DNA of 64,000 nt. Origin: Tetramitus jugosus (taxonomy: Eukaryota; Protista; Heterolobosea). Positions 53,047 to 64,000 of this stretch are shown here, piece by piece (position 1 is the stretch's first letter; each line of letters starts with the position of its first letter). The notes beneath the pieces are model-generated. The model saw only the letters and a list, made by a program, of their open reading frames with translations. It was not told the origin of the DNA and did no database searches. The translations under genes were made by a program, and so were the position numbers. The DNA lies in NCBI GenBank assembly GCA_937625935.1, contig OW569362.1, positions 372,001-436,000 of the forward strand. Reading direction: 5' to 3'.

Positions 53047-53273
53047 TCTGTGTTTGTTGTATTGTTGTTGTGTTGTATGTAATGAGGTTGTTGAGAATTA
53101 GTTTTTTTATCAAGGGAGTGTATCAAAAGCGCAACAACAGGATGATGGATTCACAAGAGATGCATCTCTGAATCGGGAGTGGAATTTTTCATGAACCCCG
53201 ACAAAAATTCCGAAGTTTCAGGTTGTTTTGGGGTGGCCTCAGCCCAGTGTATGTACAATACAACGTTTATTAC

Positions 53274-54829
53274 TCACCTGTTTCTCATGGTGAGGAATGC
53301 CTTAAACTTTTCTGCAAGGTTTCTTCTTGCATGTGGTTTTTCGAGTTGCCGGCGAGGAGACTTTGAATTCAGCGGCGACGATACTTCAGCTTCCTGTTCT
53401 TGGCTGCGATCTGTGAAGGGGGTAATGGTTGTTCCTTCAATGGCATTTGCTCTCATCAACACTTCCAGGTCGTCGAGCGACGCTGAGAATTGTTGTTGGT
53501 TGGGTGTTTTCTTACTATTCGAGATGGATGAACCGATTCCTGATATGAGACGCAGCGATGCTCTAATAGAGCCTCTCCGCGATGCTCGTGGTGATACCAG
53601 TGATGTAGACCTCTCTCTCTTTCTGGAGTTGTGATAAAACCTTGCGATTAGTGTTTCTATCATCTCATTCAATGCCTCCGACAGTACCATTTCGCTGTCA
53701 CTCTTTTCCAACGATGTCTCAAACACTCGGATCAGATTGTAGGAACACTCGCATGCATTCAGGGCCAAATTTTCTGCTGCCTCGATACTCACCTTCTGAT
53801 CATCTCTCAAATCTGATTTGTTTCCCATCATAAATATCACTGGCAGCAAGTGCCTTGCGACTCCTTCCTCCTTGTACGTCGTGCTCAAATGATTCAAGAT
53901 TCGAGACGCATAATCAAAGCTCTCCTTATTTGTGACATCATACATGATGAGAATGGCTTGGGCAGAGAGAGCAATCTCCCTGAGAGATAGTTGATATTCC
54001 GTGAGACTCCTTCGGGCAATTTCTTTCCTTTGTCTTGTTGCTTCTTCTTGCTGATCCTCTGTTGTCTCATAGCCGTCACATACTGACTGTGATACTGAGA
54101 ATGTTTCGTTCATTTCCATTGCAGATACCGATGATCTAGTGTCCAACGACAGGGAGCCTCCTTGTTCTTCGTTTGGACTTCCTAGATAGTTGGTTGTGTT
54201 TTGTCCGATGTGAAACTCGATTGAGAACCTGTCACTTCCGTAGGTTAGTTGTAACTCGTTGGAGTCTATAATGGATTTCAAACAGGACGAAATAGCAGAG
54301 GAATGGCATAGTAGAGAAGAACTAAAGTAAGTTTTCATTTTTCACACAAGGATACAATTGAGACAATGAAGTGTCATGTAAATGATAACATACCCACCGT
54401 TCTTCTAAGCTCTTCAACAAAGAACCCCTGTTGATATCATGAAACAAAACAATAGAACATCATAGAGGATCATTAATTAGTACATGCATGAAGAAAACTA
54501 ACAAGCAAAAGAGAATTCTCTCTACGAACACAACAAAAACAAATTTCAAAATAATCTCATACTCGCAAAAAGAAGCTACACAAACTATGCTTGCCAACAC
54601 CACTATCTCCAAATACGATGACCTTAAACGTGGAAGTGATAGCAGGGGTATTGTTGTCCCTAGAGGGACTTGAATCATCACTAGTCGGTGATGTGACGGA
54701 TATTGCGGGAGGTGTCGATGGAGAATTCAATGTCGATCCACATCGATGAATTTTTGGAGTGAGAGAAATGCTGTTGTTAAAGTTGCCTGCCTCAGGAGAC
54801 GAGGGAGTTGATAGTGGAGATTTATCCAT
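53274..54829 (-). CDS. Atypical Ras-like GTPase; exons 54829-54563, 54427-54394, 54265-53274 (3' end uncertain)
   Basis: KVIVFGDSGVGKH; two phase-consistent GT-AG introns; MYDVTNKESF, GNKSDL, FETS; G1 Ser/Thr replaced by His and no DxxG. Confidence 0.75.
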
Positions 54830-55108
54830 TTATTGATTCTTCTTATTTCTATCGTTGTTCTTGTGAGAAATAGAATGTCTGACGTCGAAGATGGTCTTGT
54901 GTTTCAGTTGTGCTTTGCCCAAAAGCTCCATAAAGCACGACAAGATGTCCCCTTTTGACGTTTGAAGTGAAATGAACGAACAAGACGAGTTCAATCAACA
55001 CTTTACCGGAATATCGGGAATATATAATTGGCCGACAAACTGAAAGAAATATTTTTGATTTTTTGTTGAATTGTTTGATCAAGGATATCACAAACATTGA
55101 CAGAAACA

Positions 55109-57014
55109 ATGCGACCACGTTTGAGGGTCATCTTGGCACACCTACAGCCTCAAAAATGCAGCACCTCCCCATCGTCATCACCACTCCTTCATTTCAACCA
55201 CACAATCGCCCAACAACGCTCTTTTCACTCAAACAACAAGATCTCACTCAACCAAAGCACCACGACAACTTCTGATCAAGAAAAGCGCACAAATAACCTT
55301 CCGATCAGTGAAAATCACAGTGAACTGAGTGAACTTGTTCGAAACTACTTTCAGGACGTAAAATCCTTCATTGGCGGAGAATCAAAGTCCGACTTTTGGG
55401 ACGGAAGTGTCAAAATTCCGACTCTACTGTCGCAGATTGAACAGCGGAAAGCTTTGAGTCAACCGTTGCTCGCACACAACATCAAAATTCCTGATGTCAT
55501 TGTATCGGAGCTTTGCAGTCTTTATGTAGCTCTAACAATGGAAGAGAAGGAAAAATACTTTCAAGTGATGGCTCTCGAGTTTGGTGTCAATGAGGAGAAT
55601 GTCTGGAGAGAAATGGATCGATTAAAAAGTCAGAAACTTCAAAGAGAGGCTGAAAAGAGTGAAGAGCTACTTGATTTCCAACATTTGAGACGAGTGATGG
55701 TGCCCTTGTATGAACAATTTTTTGATCATTTGATTAAGCAACCGAACGGGATGCAGTTCGTTGTGAGTATGAGAAGGGATTTATTGGTAAGTTAATTGAT
55801 ATCGATGGTTTTGATTGTTGTTTCCTTGTTCAATATTAGCTCGTTAAGAGTAAGCTGTCATCATTGACACACTGTTAATGTTTGTAGAATATTATTTCGA
55901 CCAATAGAAAGAACGGAAAACCTAATTTGCCACAAGTCTTAAGCATGGATCACAATTTACAATTGGTTCTTAGCTCTTGGTTCTCTCTAGCATTTCTAAG
56001 GTTGGAGGAATTGACATGGAATTCTCCAATTGCCATGCTCGAGAAGGTGATGAATGGAGAGAGAGTTCACAAGTTTGGTGACATTGATCCCAATATTAAT
56101 TTGAGTGATCGATGGCAGGATTTGAAACGCAGAGTTTCGACTGGTCAGGATTTGGTTTATGAACGGAGAAGATTGTTTTGTTTTGTGCATCCAAACATGA
56201 GTAGTGAGCCATTAATTTTTGTTCAAGTAGCCTATTTGGATCAAATTCCTGGTGGCATGAGTCAAGTTCTGCCAAAGAGTGACACCTACTTTACGAGCAC
56301 AGTCTCTCAAGCCAATACAGCTGTATTCTATTCTATTAATGCAACTCAGCATGGTTTGAGAGGAATAGAGTTGGGCAACTTTTTGATTAAGCGTGTTGTC
56401 AAGGTATGCAATATTTTCGTTTCTTTGTAGTCGCACTTTAATTGCCATCGATATTGACCTTTTGTGCTTTGTAGGAGGTGCTAAGGAATAATCCAAACAT
56501 CAAACAGTTTTGTACACTGTCACCAATCCCTGGATTGGCTAAATGGTTGTTCACAAAGATTGAGATGCATCTCTCTCAAGCAACTGACAAGTTCAGGGAT
56601 CCATCCTTGTTGAAACAGGAAGATATTGACACCATTTTCTCTTTAGTATCACCTGCTGAAGCCAATAATAATCCATATGAGGCACTAAAGATGATTCTGT
56701 CGAATCAACAACAGCAACAAGCACCATTGCCATATCAATTACGGCCTCTGATGCTTCGCTTGGCCACTAAGTACTTGTACAAGGAGAAAAGAAGAGACAA
56801 GGTGATCGATTCTGTCGCAAACTTCCACATCCGAAATGGAGCTCGCATGTATCGAGTTAATCTCGATGCAGACCTGTCCAAGCTGCGACTGAAGGAAAGC
56901 TTTGGCATTATGATCAACTACGAGTATGTGCTCGCTGACATTGAACCCAATAACCAGGCCTACATACTTGATGGCACGGTGAAAGCAAGTGAACAATTTT
57001 TGACTAACATATAA
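55109..57014 (+). CDS. MLYCD: Malonyl-CoA decarboxylase; exons 55109-55786, 55888-56403, 56475-57014
   Basis: FVVSMRRDL, W.DLKRR, FVHPNM..EPLIFVQVA, FYSI...GLRGIELGNFLIKRVV, TLSPIPG, VANFHIRNGA; two canonical introns. Confidence 0.95.
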
Positions 57015-57042
57015 ATAATGAACTGATATTTACTGAACCTAT

Positions 57043-59151
57043 CTATGATCTGCGTTCGTACAGAAGCACATACGCTTGTGACGCAAGCACTTCCTTCAGA
57101 TCTACTAAATTAACCATCTGATCATCAAAGTGTATCCATCGACCACTTGCATGCTTCACATAGGTCGAATAATGACCTCCAGATGCTTCCATGCCATGGT
57201 GACAGATGACAGCCCGAAGATTAAAATACCTAGAGGGATCTTTTTCCTTGATCTTGATGCTCGATATGACATTCTTATCCAGGTACAGTTCCTCTGAAAA
57301 CTTGACATGTTTTCCAATCTTTATGCATCGATTGTCCTGATATTCGAACCGTATAATCTGTAGAACCAATACACGTGGAACTTGTTCCACAGCAATTTGC
57401 ATCGAAGCTAAGTGATCCAATTGTTCTCTGGCTGTAATGAGGCGCAGTGAATCTTCAATCGAAGTGACAGCAGAACCATCATTATCAATTGGCAAGTGCA
57501 AAGAATAGAATGGCTGTAGTATCAATGATCCAACAGAACTTCTCTTCCGAATGACACTTCTCATCTTTCCAGCAAACAAATCACTAATCGGTGACTCTTC
57601 GTGTCTTACTTCCTGAACCACATTCGCCTTGTTGTTCTCACCCACTTCTTGCCATTCACCCTCATCATTTCCATTTTTCTCCATTTCATCATCCTGCTCT
57701 GCATACTTGAAAGCATTCTCCTCACTCTCGTGGTTGCAACTCAATTTCAACTCGTCATGCAACTGATGCAACAAGAATTGCAAAAATTCATGAACATCAT
57801 GTTGATCGCCCTGCCTTAAAATATCCGTATTCACCGACTGCATGTACTCTAGCAGAGCAGTTGGAGTGAATGATGAACCAGAGTCCAACGGTTTCAATAA
57901 CGACGACGACGACGACACTCCACTCTTCTTCTTTGATTGAACAGTCAATGGTGAAAATTCATTCACAAATTGAATCATGGCTCTCGTTAACATGAAATGA
58001 TTCGATTTTTCCATTTGTAATTGCAACTGTTGTTGCTGTTGTTTCTTTGCCTTTTTTTGCTTCTTCTTTTTTGACTTTTTCAACACATTGTCACCACCTA
58101 TTCCAAATTCTTCTTCACCATTTATCATCATCAATTGATTATTTTCATTCAAATAAGAGAGAAACGATAGAGAAATACAATTCTTGAACAAGTGATAAAA
58201 CGATGGAATGTGAACCAGTGCTTGCATACATGCATTAATGTAACAAGAGTTGTGAACATTGGTTAGACCTCTAGGATAGAATTGTGTCGTTGTTGTTGTT
58301 CCATTTTTTGATTTTGAGTCCTTGTAAAATTGATTCATTTGTTGCGTTACTTGTTTCATGTATTGATCAGTGGTCAAACTTGTTTCGCCACTATTGTCAA
58401 CATTAGTATTATTGTTATTGTTACAACTATTAGTATCAATATGTTGTTGTTGTTGTTGTTGTTGCTGTTGTTCAGTTGTTTCCATTGTTGTTCGTTCATG
58501 ATGATCATTGTTATTATTATTCTTGTTTAATTGTTGTGCGAGTAGAGCTTGTTTTTTCATCATTTTTTTCCATTGATTTTTAGAGAGTGTTGTTGATGTT
58601 GTTGTTGTTGATTCTTGTTGTTGTTCTACCTTGTTTTCATTCTCATCATTCTCATCATCACTATGATCATAATTATTTGTTGTTGTTGTTGCTGTTGTTG
58701 ATGATGATGATAATAATTGATTACTCCATGAAAATGTTGTGGATGGATGATCAGTTGTAGATGATGGAATGATGATATTGGATGATTGAATTACTATACT
58801 ACTCTTTACTGGATGATGTTGTTGTTGCTGTTGTGGTTGTGGTTGTTGTTTTTTGATGATGAAATCATTATTCTTATTTTTTGTGCTAGTTGTTGTTGTT
58901 GATTTAACAGTAGTTGTAGTATCATGTTGTTTTTTGTGCTGATGAGAAGAATGATATTCTCTCTTGTTATTGTTGTTGTGATTCTTGGTTTTTGAATAGT
59001 GTTTTTTTTGAGATTGTTGTTGTTGGTGAGGTGTTGTTACTTTGGTCCATACTTCTTCATTTGTCTCTTCATTGACTTGTTGTTGATCATTCTTGTGAGG
59101 TGATGAATGAGTCGCCACCTTTTTGTTTTTCGTTGTTGATTGTCGTTGCAT
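57043..59151 (-). CDS. Ubiquitin-specific protease (USP10/Ubp3-like) with poly-Q/N/T N-terminus
   Basis: PRGLTNVHNSCYINACMQAL Cys box; QHDVHEFL; GEWQEVG; HHG..ASGGHY His box; WIHFDD; AYVLLY. Confidence 0.92.
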   Translation of the reverse strand: MQRQSTTKNKKVATHSSPHKNDQQQVNEETNEEVWTKVTTPHQQQQSQKKHYSKTKNHNNNNKREYHSSHQHKKQHDTTTTVKSTTTTSTKNKNNDFIIKKQQPQPQQQQQHHPVKSSIVIQSSNIIIPSSTTDHPSTTFSWSNQLLSSSSTTATTTTNNYDHSDDENDENENKVEQQQESTTTTSTTLSKNQWKKMMKKQALLAQQLNKNNNNNDHHERTTMETTEQQQQQQQQQHIDTNSCNNNNNTNVDNSGETSLTTDQYMKQVTQQMNQFYKDSKSKNGTTTTTQFYPRGLTNVHNSCYINACMQALVHIPSFYHLFKNCISLSFLSYLNENNQLMMINGEEEFGIGGDNVLKKSKKKKQKKAKKQQQQQLQLQMEKSNHFMLTRAMIQFVNEFSPLTVQSKKKSGVSSSSSLLKPLDSGSSFTPTALLEYMQSVNTDILRQGDQHDVHEFLQFLLHQLHDELKLSCNHESEENAFKYAEQDDEMEKNGNDEGEWQEVGENNKANVVQEVRHEESPISDLFAGKMRSVIRKRSSVGSLILQPFYSLHLPIDNDGSAVTSIEDSLRLITAREQLDHLASMQIAVEQVPRVLVLQIIRFEYQDNRCIKIGKHVKFSEELYLDKNVISSIKIKEKDPSRYFNLRAVICHHGMEASGGHYSTYVKHASGRWIHFDDQMVNLVDLKEVLASQAYVLLYERRS

Positions 59152-59327
59152 TTACTTGTTTTTTTTTGCGATTGAATTCGATTGTGTGTTTGATCATTCT
59201 TTTTCAAGGGAGAGAAAGCTTTTTGAGAGTCGCGGAAACTTCAATCTTGGTTCTGAACCTGCAAACTTATGCGGAATACAACCAACAAAAAATAATATGG
59301 GAAGAAGACAGGATTTATGGTCATCTC

Positions 59328-60524
59328 TCATGAAACATTTTCCTCCTGTTTTTCTTGTTGTTGTGGTGGTGCCACAACCCTCACTTCAACTGTTTCCCAT
59401 TGTCCAACCGATGTTGTTTGAGGATATCTGTGATACTCTTCCGACAATTGTTTCTTGTACTTTTTCTTTGGTGGTGATTCCTCCGCCTCCTCCTCCTCAT
59501 GACTCGTTGCACTTTCCGCTCTATCTCTCTTCTTATTCTTCTTCTCATCATCATCATCGTCATCTTCTTCTGACTCTGAATGATCATAATAGAAATAATC
59601 TGGATTATTGTAGTAATCATCACCATCACCATCTTCATCTTGTCCATTGTTTATAATAGTCCCTTCGTCATCATCATCAGCTTCTGAAACCTTCGTACCA
59701 CCACCACCACTACTACTACTACTACTTTGAATCATCGTTAGCTGAACAGGCGGAGTGATCGTCGATTCTTGTTTGAGAGATTCCTGAGGCGCTAGTTCGT
59801 TGCTCGTTATCAATGGCGGAACAACTGCAACACTCGTCTCTGATGCTTCTATTGTCGTTGATGGCAATTGTTTTGGCTTCTTCTTAAACCGCGATGGAGC
59901 TGATGCGACAGCTACTGGTGCCGCAGGAGCTACAGCTATCATTGATTGCTGCTGCTGCTGTGGTTGCTGTTGTTGTAATTGTAGTTGCTGCAGTTGTTGC
60001 TGCTGCATTTGTTGTTGCATATAGTATTGATAATAATAATATTCATTCTGTTGTTGCTGCTGTTGATAGAGTTGCTGCGTTTGATCAACGACAGCAGTTG
60101 AAGCAACAGCAGTATGAGCACTTGTTTGAGATGATGGCAAAGATGTCGTTGGTGTCGTTGTTGTCATGAGAGACGCATAATAATCCTTGGCAGCCTTCAT
60201 TTGTTCCTCCTTTTGCTTTTCAAGCTCTTGCTGCTTATAAAACTCCGCCGTAGACATGGACTCCAACTGTGCATCTTGTGTGGAATGACTCGATTGCTGC
60301 GCTGCTTGCGTAATGCGATTCATTTCCCGCGATATGACTTGTTCATTTCTCCGATCATTCTTCTTTTTTTGTTCTTCGTTTTTCAACCAGAATCGGACAT
60401 TGTTCTGATGACGGTGACCGGACTCGTGTTGCTTGAGTGTGTTGGTCGTTACAAATATTTGACAATATTTACACCATGATTTGTTGGGTTGAGGAGCATA
60501 CCTGTTGTTCGACGTCGCACTCAT
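59328..60524 (-). CDS. U1-type zinc-finger protein (WBP4/FBP21-like), Q-rich
   Basis: WCKYCQIFV...HESGHRHQNNV matrin/U1C-type finger; GQWETVE motif near the C-terminus. Confidence 0.7.
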   Translation of the reverse strand: MSATSNNRYAPQPNKSWCKYCQIFVTTNTLKQHESGHRHQNNVRFWLKNEEQKKKNDRRNEQVISREMNRITQAAQQSSHSTQDAQLESMSTAEFYKQQELEKQKEEQMKAAKDYYASLMTTTTPTTSLPSSQTSAHTAVASTAVVDQTQQLYQQQQQQNEYYYYQYYMQQQMQQQQLQQLQLQQQQPQQQQQSMIAVAPAAPVAVASAPSRFKKKPKQLPSTTIEASETSVAVVPPLITSNELAPQESLKQESTITPPVQLTMIQSSSSSSGGGGTKVSEADDDDEGTIINNGQDEDGDGDDYYNNPDYFYYDHSESEEDDDDDDEKKNKKRDRAESATSHEEEEAEESPPKKKYKKQLSEEYHRYPQTTSVGQWETVEVRVVAPPQQQEKQEENVS

Positions 60525-60799
60525 TTTGTTTCTGGAACTCGTTGGTGAGAGTCTTTTGTCGGTGTTTGTTGTTTTTTCTCTTCCTCGTTCAAATGAAAGT
60601 AGTACGCAATTCATCTCATGGAAGAAACTAGGAGTAAGCAAAGGACCTACGAGCCACTCATTGTTTGGACCTGGGGCTCTAATGCAAATTCTACCCACAA
60701 AATTTACAAACCATACCTTTTTCGTGCAGCCAACTCCTCAAACCAGATTTTTTGCTTTTTTTAAATACTTAAGTTCGTTTGTCGGAGAATTAAATATCG

Positions 60800-60870
60800 G
60801 CTGCTTTAGTATAGTGGTAGTACACGGGATTGTGGCTCCCGCAACACCGGTTCGATTCCGGTAGGCGGCA
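60800..60870 (+). tRNA. trnH: tRNA-His(GTG)
   Basis: GCTGCTT/AGGCGGC acceptor stem, CGGGA-TTGTGGC-TCCCG anticodon arm, GGTTCGATTCC T loop, TTTT downstream. Confidence 0.95.
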
Positions 60871-60911
60871 TCTTTTGAGAAAGTTTTTACTCTGGTTGGT
60901 TCGACGAAACA

Positions 60912-61337
60912 ATGCGAGAATGTATTAATCTTCTTGTTTGTGGCGCCAGACTCACAGGTAAGACAGCTTTCACTCTCAAATTGTTGAGTCCTGTCGATCC
61001 ATCGACTGATGGTCATTACCAAACAACTTCGATCGTAGATGATCAAGAATGGTTGTTGGATGTGACAGATCACACATGGCTGGAAGAGTATAGAGGCATG
61101 AGAAAAGGGCTATTGAGGTGGGGCAGAATTGTTGAAGGCACCTGTAGACCTATCATCCGCTGTTGCAGAACACTCAATGTAGGGCAGCAGTTTTTCCTCG
61201 GATACAACTCTTTGCAGATGCATATCAAGCTTGTTTCCCTGGCACTTGACCATGAGAATCTCATTCCAAAAAGAGTCAACTTCCTCGAACGACTGTCTAT
61301 CGACAATGGAAAAAATGAGCACAAAGCAGGTGCCTGA
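60912..61337 (+). pseudogene. Ras-like gene with an internally inverted C-terminal half (61145-61326)
   Basis: Plus strand: GARLTGKT, LDVTD, EEYRGMR; minus strand: FSIVDRQSFEEV, GNKLD, PYIECSA; segment bounded by AGGCACCTG/CAGGTGCCT. Confidence 0.75.
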
Positions 61338-61500
61338 AGGAATTTCAAAGCATCAAACTACCCACCCAACAAGTAAGATTACACCCTAAACGTCAGTCAA
61401 AATGTATCCTCTTGTAAACTTTGAAACTTCTTAAATCACACTCTTTCAATTATTGAAGTTTTCTAGACCGCGAAAGTCATCCTTTTCCTCTCAATGAATT

Positions 61501-61788
61501 GTGCCTGACGATTGCATTGTCGCCCTATTCAGTTTTCTGCCCAAAACAGATCTGCTCCAGGCAGCCGGTGCAGTGTCCAACGAGTGGAGATTACTGTCCA
61601 TGCATCAATATCTGTGGAATGATTACCAATGGGGCAAGAAGAGCATACGTACGGTTTTGCTGAATGCTCCTGCAACATTCAAAGGACTTTCCATAACGAA
61701 GGATCCTTTTCATAGGAGTGCTCTCACTACTATGATCGACTATCCGACACTCCTGACTCTGCGATTCAAGAATACACACGACAATTAA
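61501..61788 (+). pseudogene. F-box gene fragment
   Basis: PDDCIVALFSFLP..DLLQ...VSNEWRLLS...LW F-box; no upstream in-frame ATG; early stop. Confidence 0.55.
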
Positions 61789-62572
61789 CTGCCTTCTCTC
61801 CTCCATACAACCTACGAATGATCGTAGGAAAGGAAGAAAAAAGTCACTGAACACCATTTTGCAATTGAAAAAGTACCACAAACATCTACTTTCTCCCTTA
61901 GGAGAAAGTATGGATTCGTTATTTAGTGTTTATGTTTATTGGTTGCTGCTGTTTGGTGCCGGCAGGCTCAAATAAGTGGCTCCTTTTATTGTAGAAGCAA
62001 CCCTTGTGTGCAATGGAGTGTAAGGTCGATTGTAAATGGCCTTGTACTTTTTCTTTAGTATTTGATTTTGAAGGTGCATAAAATCTGTTGTTTAAGGGAA
62101 AAAAGAAATCAAGAGGTTGTAATCTCAATAAAGCTGATCATCAGGTAAAAAACAAAAACAAGCAGGAGGTGTCGGAAATGCAGTGAAGAAAACAACACTA
62201 ACCTAAGAGCATGATGAGACTCATAATGTACAGAGCATTCTTGGACATGGAACCGATCAACAACACAAATTTTATGGGTGTTTTGATGGCAGAGTACAGA
62301 AGCTTGGAAATGGACATATCTATGACAAAAGTGAATTCAGATCTGATAATTTGTGTGATATTTCGATCGCCCTCGTTGTTGTTTTTTTTCAGGTTGTCTG
62401 AAAGGAGAATTTACTATTTTATGGAGCAGCAACTTCACAGAACTTGTGCCTTCCTCTCTTCATTATGTCATTCTAGCTCTTTTGATGAACCATCGATTGC
62501 ATGTCAGGTAAAAAACTCTAGTGATGCCACAAGAAAGAGATTGATGACTGAAGTTCCGATTGTGAAGTGATA

Positions 62573-62992
62573 TCATTGGTATGATAATTTCTCTCTGGAA
62601 ACTCTCCTGGATAACAGAAGAATATCATTGTGTTTGGTCAATAACATGAGCCATCTATAGATTGTGTAACCAATATGGCTCATTTGCTCCACCACTTCAC
62701 TGTCGATATCTTCCAATTGACTTCTCACTCTATTGATTTGGTTTGGAGTAACATTCTCTGGTTCAATGTTCGAAACACGCCTCGCAATATCATCCCTGGC
62801 CAGAAACTTTCTACATTCCCACCAATTCTGAACTTCACTGGAATACAGGATGAAGATGAACTGGGTGATCACTTTCACAAACTCCACAGGTGGTTGAGGA
62901 TAGCCCATGAACAGTTCCCATGTCGAAGCCGGGGTCGAGTGAATCAAGTTCCTCAGTGTTTCAAAGGTCGATTCTACTTGACTCAACTCCAT
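62573..62992 (-). CDS. Stand-alone dynein microtubule-binding-domain-like protein
   Basis: YPQPPVEFVKV...NWWECRKFL...IEPENVT...VEQMS...IYRWL parallels the dynein heavy chain MTBD pattern YxxPP..V..SW...KK.L..FD.xNI..V.K.S...LC.WV. Confidence 0.6.
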   Translation of the reverse strand: MELSQVESTFETLRNLIHSTPASTWELFMGYPQPPVEFVKVITQFIFILYSSEVQNWWECRKFLARDDIARRVSNIEPENVTPNQINRVRSQLEDIDSEVVEQMSHIGYTIYRWLMLLTKHNDILLLSRRVSREKLSYQ

Positions 62993-63297
62993 CGATTAGA
63001 TTCGATTCCAACAAAGAGTTTTCGAAACGTAAATTTGTGTGTCGGGTAACGGCAACACCTCGAAAATCTGATTGGGGAATTGCGGGAATATGATAGACCC
63101 AATCAAAATTGCATAAGCTTGGGCATTGCCCCCAAAAGACGTTTCTAGGCACTTTGAAATATCGAACGAAGGGAATCACAACACGCACGAAGCCACACAC
63201 CAACGTTATCGAGCGAAAGTTTCGAGCTCTAAAAAAAACTCACCTCACATCAAAAGCTTTTTCATCCCCAAAAACCAAACACCAGCAAAAACACAAC

Positions 63298-64000
63298 ATG
63301 CATCGCGTATTAGCAAGGTCATCTTCATCTAAACCACAATGTGTCCATCATTTGAATCGTCATCATTCATTCATCAACCATAGTTCATCCTCATCACTCA
63401 ACGTCGTAGCTCAACAACAACAGCAACAACAACAACCATTACGCACCCTTGCAAGATCTAGATCCATACACACAAACCAACAACAACAACAACAACAACG
63501 AAATGGTCATGACAACAACAAAAACAACCATCACCATCACAATAAAAAGAATGTTGTGTGGATGAAAGGAAGCATAAAATTTGCATGTGCAGCAGTAGGT
63601 GCCATTGCACTGTATGAATCACTTGTGGATGAATCATTGTTACGATCCGTGTTTTTAGCTGAAGAAGCAGTAGCAGAAGCCGCAGCAGCAGAACAAGAAA
63701 AAAATCAATCATCATCATTGACTACTACGGATGCTGAAAGTGAAAAAATCAAGTCATTACCAGAGTATACAAAAGCTCAAGTGGCAGAACACAAGACGAG
63801 TAGCAATGGTATCTGGGTGACGTACAAGGACGGTGTCTACGATATTACAGAATTTGTTGGTGTGCATCCTGGTGGAGATAAGATTTTGTTGGCTGCAGGT
63901 GGTGCAATTGATCCGTTCTGGAGACTGTATGCGATACATGAAAAGGAAGATATTAAGGAGATTTTGGAGGAGTATCGAATTGGTACGTTGAAGGCTGGCG
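63298..64000 (+). CDS. SUOX: Sulfite oxidase, 5' part (presequence plus cytochrome b5 domain); runs off the window
   Basis: Open frame from ATG 63298; EYTKAQVAEH..IWVTYKDGVYDITEFVGVHPGGDKILLAAGGAIDPFWRLYAIH...LEEYRIG typical of the SUOX b5 domain. Confidence 0.85.
   Translation, partial: MHRVLARSSSSKPQCVHHLNRHHSFINHSSSSSLNVVAQQQQQQQQPLRTLARSRSIHTNQQQQQQQRNGHDNNKNNHHHHNKKNVVWMKGSIKFACAAVGAIALYESLVDESLLRSVFLAEEAVAEAAAAEQEKNQSSSLTTTDAESEKIKSLPEYTKAQVAEHKTSSNGIWVTYKDGVYDITEFVGVHPGGDKILLAAGGAIDPFWRLYAIHEKEDIKEILEEYRIGTLKAG

Noticed and set aside
58280-60180. CAA/AAC/GAT microsatellite-like tracts
   Set aside because: They encode poly-Q/N/T/D low-complexity regions of the USP and zinc-finger proteins; ordinary for such genomes.
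60730-60799. Possible LINE insertion upstream of tRNA-His
   Set aside because: No poly(A), TSD or LINE-like sequence seen; this tRNA site appears empty.

Overview
Gene-dense nuclear DNA from a free-living protist (about 40% GC, short intergenic gaps, a few 60-135 nt GT-AG introns, poly-Q/N tracts). A Discoba/heterolobosean-like amoeba is plausible but not provable from this window. Most of it is housekeeping genes: cyclin, H3 variant, mtL33, METTL26, XRCC4, UGT, DHHC, GGT, importin-alpha, Tctex-1, QNG1-like, actin, Misato, oligoribonuclease, MFS transporter, DHX35, PepD, NDRG, Trx-DNAJC7, MLYCD, USP10-like and sulfite oxidase, plus tRNA-Phe and tRNA-His. Five things stand out. (1) A 2668-bp TIR transposon (47650-50317, TTAA-flanked, GG..CC ends) carries an intact Fanzor1 nuclease and a readable omegaRNA scaffold. 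It sits inside a JAB-like host gene that rejoins in frame when the element is removed. (2) A stack of four or five 5'-truncated non-LTR retrotransposons inserted serially about 46-55 bp upstream of tRNA-Phe, with poly(A) tails, nested TSDs and shared 3' hairpins (Dictyostelium TRE5-like targeting). (3) A bacterial-type dGTPase lies head-to-head with a myristoylated LRR-ADP-ribosylhydrolase fusion, a possible defence module. (4) A eukaryotic homolog of archaeal tetraether synthase (Tes/GDGT-MAS) has lost its radical-SAM motif. (5) A Ras-like gene has its C-terminal half inverted between 9-bp inverted repeats. All family calls come from motif recognition by eye, not database searches.
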